Source: an uncultured delta proteobacterium
Lineage (GTDB): Bacteria; Desulfobacterota; Binatia; UBA9968
Direction: 5' to 3'
DNA length: 64,000 bases
NCBI GenBank assembly: GCA_963745035.1
Contig: CAVUVW010000014.1
Span: forward strand, 96,001-160,000
Every line of letters begins with the position of its first letter. Position 1 is the first letter of the stretch. The position numbers and the translations under genes are program-made. This document shows positions 60,626 through 64,000 of this stretch, in pieces. The notes under the pieces were generated by a model. That model was not told where the DNA came from. It did no database searches and saw nothing but the letters and a program-made list of their open reading frames with translations.

Positions 60626-63600
60626 TCACTTCTTAATCGTGAACCAGACTGAATGCTTGCTGCCGTCCTGCAGAGTGGTAATCAGCAACCAGGTACCGGC
60701 TGTAAAGCCACCTTTAGTACTAAGGTTGAAGTGCCAATCCGAGCTGGTTAAGCGGAATTGGTTCCCCTCGGTAGCCGCGTCAGTCGGGGTGGCATCGATC
60801 GGCGGATCCGCATCGATGGCATTGCTGTACTTGCTGGCTTGCAGCGTGTGGATGCCGGTAACCAAGGGAGCCCCGTCGTTCAGCCAGGTTGCACTGAATT
60901 TCACCGGAATGGTGCTGCCGAGCTTGAACGTTCTGACAGGATTATGAAAGCTGCCCCCATTACCGTTTTCCACTGCTCCGCCAATCGGGGAATGAAAGCC
61001 ATTGAACGCGAAGGCCGTGGTAATTGTAATGCTCTTGCTGTCACTGCTGCCATGGTGATTGGCATCACCGGCGAAGGTCGCGGTAGCGGAACAGCCGTTC
61101 GCTAAGGTGACAATTATGCAGTTACCGCTGTAAACAACCGGCAGTGCCTGATTGAGACCGCCAACGCCGGTAACGATAGCGGTTGCCGTAAACGCAGTAC
61201 CACGATACACGTACGGCCCAGACTCGAAAGTCACTACGGTCGTCGAGTTCGCCTTTTCGATGGTAAAAGTCTTCGAGGCGCTGCTGCCGTTGTGGTTGGC
61301 ATCACCGGGAAAGTTTGCGCTGGCGGTGGCGGTCCCAGCGTTGATGTTATTACTGTAAGTCACCCCTAGTGACTCATTGAGCCCTCCGACTCCTGTTACC
61401 GTCGCCGAACACGGGGTCTGTGCCACGCCATTATAAATCACGCTGGCTGGGCAGGTCACCGTGGTCACCGAAGGAGCCTTTTCGATGATGAACGTCTTGG
61501 AATCAGTGCTGCCGTTATGGTTGGCATCGCCGGCGAAGCTCGCGCTCGCTGTTGCGGTCCCGGCGTTCACGTTGTTGGTGTAAGTCACCGCTGAGAGCCT
61601 GATTGAGCCCACCCGACTCCGGTCACTGTCGCCGTACAGGGGGTCTGCACCGCGCCGTTGTAGGTCACGCTCGCCGGACAGGTTACCGTGGTCACCGAGG
61701 GAGCTTTTTCAATCGTGAAGCTCTTCGAGTCAGAGCTGCCCAGATAGTTGGCGGACTCGGCGTACGATGCGCTAGCGGTTGCCGAGCCGGCATTCACATT
61801 GTTTGTGTAAGCCACCGTGAGCGACTCACTGAGTCCGGGACCGGTGACTGATGCAGTGCACGGTGTATGCGGGTTGCCGTTATAAACGAACGGGCCCGCA
61901 CCACATGTTACTGTCGTCACTGTCGTGGCCTTTTCGATTATGAAGGTCTTCGAGTCGGTGCTGCCGTTGTGGTTGGCATCGCCGGGAAAGGTCGCGGTCG
62001 CCGTCGCCGTCCCCGCATTCACGTTGCTGGTGTAGCTCACCGTGAGAGCCTGATTGAGCCCTCCGACTCCAGTCACCGTCGCCGTACAGGGGGTCTGCAC
62101 CGTGCCGTTGTAGATCACACTCGCCGGGCAGGTCACCGTCGTCGTTGAGGCGGCCTTTTCAATCGTGAAGCTCTTCGAGTCAGAGCTGCCCAGATAGTTG
62201 GCGGACTCGGCGTACGATGCGCTAGCGGTTGCCGAGCCGGCATTCAAATTGTTTGTGTAAGCCACCGTGAGCGACTCACTGAGTCCGGGACCGGCGACTG
62301 ATGCAGTGCACGGTGTATGCGGGTTGCCGTTATAAACGAACGGGCCCGGACCACACGTTACGGTAGTCACCGTCGCGGCTTTGACGAGCGTGAGACTTGC
62401 CGAGCCGCTGCTGGAAGCGAAACTGGAATCACCTGCAAAACTCGCCGCAACACCGTTCGGATACGTGCCCGCATTGATACCCGATAGACTGACGTTGCTT
62501 AAGGTCGCAACACCGCTACCGTTAGTGACGGCGCTGCCGACACTGCTGCCGTTCAATGTGAAGCTAATCGTCTTGCCGCTGATGGTTGAGCTATCAGAAG
62601 TTTTCTTCAGTGTGCCCGATAATGTCGTCGTTCCGCCGTACGTGCCCGTCGCAGGCTGAACCGTCAGCGTCGTCGGCGCAATGGCCGGGGCCTGAACAAC
62701 CAAACTGCCGGTAGCGGTTAGATTGCCCGAACCTTGGCACCCACCACCGCGAGTGCCTGTAACCGTAAATGAATGATTACCTGCAGGAGTGGAGTTCGTT
62801 GTACTGATACTCAGGGCGCGGCTAACATTTACGGAACCGGAAGGTGTTGAAGCAGTAGGTTGGTTGTTCGGACTAAACGCATGTGACGCTCCCGCAGGTA
62901 ATCCGGTGACGGAAAGCGTTACTGTGCAGGGATCTGTATTTCCTCCAAAACCGACAGTAACTGTGTAATTCGCCGCATCACCGGCGGTAACCGGATTAGG
63001 AGATTGTGCGCCAACAGTGAGGCTATTGGGATTCCGATCGGTAAACGACGTTTGCGCGCTGCGCCCCGAAGTCTGACCGATTGCGGTCAGAGTGAATGTT
63101 CTACCATCGTCAATCAACTGCGGCGCAAAATCTTGAGCCACAAAGTTTCCCTGCTGATTTGTCAACGCAGAAAAAGTGATGTCCGGATATTCTTCGGGAA
63201 ACTCGTGCAAGCTAAGCTGCACTTGCTCGTTTGGTTGAAAGCCGCTGCCGGTGATTGTCACGATCTCGGCCGGAGGATAATCGGTTTTATCAGTGCTGAT
63301 GCTCGCAGAAGAGCTCCTCACGAGATTCGCGGACTTCAATATCTGTCCCGTACTATTTATCCCGCCCGCCACAAGAGCTTGGTTGCGTGCAGGCAGTTCT
63401 GTAATTGATTGATCGGCGCGATCGAGCAGCGCCGATTGTTCCGGCGTCAGCACTCCTTGAAGCATCGGATCTTGCAAGATCAGCGGGGAAAAGAGCGCCG
63501 CGCGGCTGTGCGTGCCAAGGGTTGCGCCGAGCAGGTTGGCATTCGGCGGCAATAGGGCCTTGGCGTTGAAGATGCCCGTCAGCGGGTCGAAAACCTCTAT

Positions 63601-64000
63601 CGATAGCTCGGCGTCGCCACCGATGATCTGCACTTTGCCATCAGACAAAAGCTTTAAGGTCGCCAGCGCCCGCGGGTTTTGCATATCAGTGGGCGGGGTA
63701 TAGAAAGATTGAGAAGACGCATCGTAAACTTCCGCGGTGTTGAGTACCGCGTTCTGCGGGTTGACGCCACCGACGATCAGCACCTGGCCGGAGCTGGTTA
63801 GAATAGCACTGTGAAATTTGCGCGCCGCTGTCATGCTTGCAGCGATGAGCGAGATCCTCTGCGTGGACGGATGGTAGATCTCAGCAGTACCGAAGCTGTC
63901 TCCGCCGGCAATGAGAATGCTACCGTCGACCAAAATCGTCGCTGTGTGACCGGCGCGCGGTGACGTGAGAGACGGACCATTGGAGAGCGCACCGGTAGAA
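60626..64000 (-). CDS. Large extracellular protein: Kelch-like repeats, Ig-like and MBG-like repeats, C-terminal PxKF-type domain; 5' end outside the window, frameshift near 61600
   Basis: ARKFHSAILTSSGQVLIVGG, Thr/Ser-rich TTVTC...YNG..QTPC repeats, FNGFHSPI...KLGSTIPVKF. Confidence 0.85.
61100..62380. repeat. Intragenic tandem domain repeats (~225-bp units, alternating, with a near-identical 450-bp duplication)
   Basis: gcggactcggcgtacgatgcgctagcggttgccgagccggcattca at 61751 and 62201. Confidence 0.85.

Overview
Bacterial chromosomal window of moderately high GC. The gene repertoire (many orphan ABC substrate-binding proteins, a giant GAF kinase, a CoxMSL-like hydroxylase, palindromic intergenic repeats) suggests a Binatota/deltaproteobacteria-like metagenome assembly; this is inference only. 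Frameshifts are frequent, including in housekeeping genes (prmA, glnE, pyrD), so most are probably long-read consensus errors. Layout: (1) 1-1.5 kb, edge of an integrative element (5'-truncated tyrosine integrase) at tRNA-Phe; (2) 1.6-13.6 kb, core and metabolic genes (gshB, RDD, rsmE, prmA, FAH, DUF1015, cyclic amidohydrolase, ABC SBP plus permease); (3) 13.6-43 kb, accessory signalling region with a sigma54 activator, three PIN toxin-antitoxin pairs, a single-domain response regulator, a ~10-kb histidine kinase gene with ~18 alternating GAF domains split by a 1488-bp IS, an FMO, and a tandem array of orphan SBP genes whose units are delimited by GATTGAACTG/CAGTTCAATC inverted repeats, with a low-GC serpin inserted; (4) 43-60 kb, glnE, lpxA, yacG, a molybdenum-hydroxylase catabolic operon, tRNA-Gly, AKR, queD, pyrD, NIPSNAP; (5) 60.6-64 kb, 3' part of a large repeat-rich surface protein. 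Best candidates for undescribed biology: the inverted-repeat-delimited SBP cassette array, the constant/variable GAF array, and a repeated sigma54 promoter plus paired GGTAA-N8-TTACC enhancer architecture.
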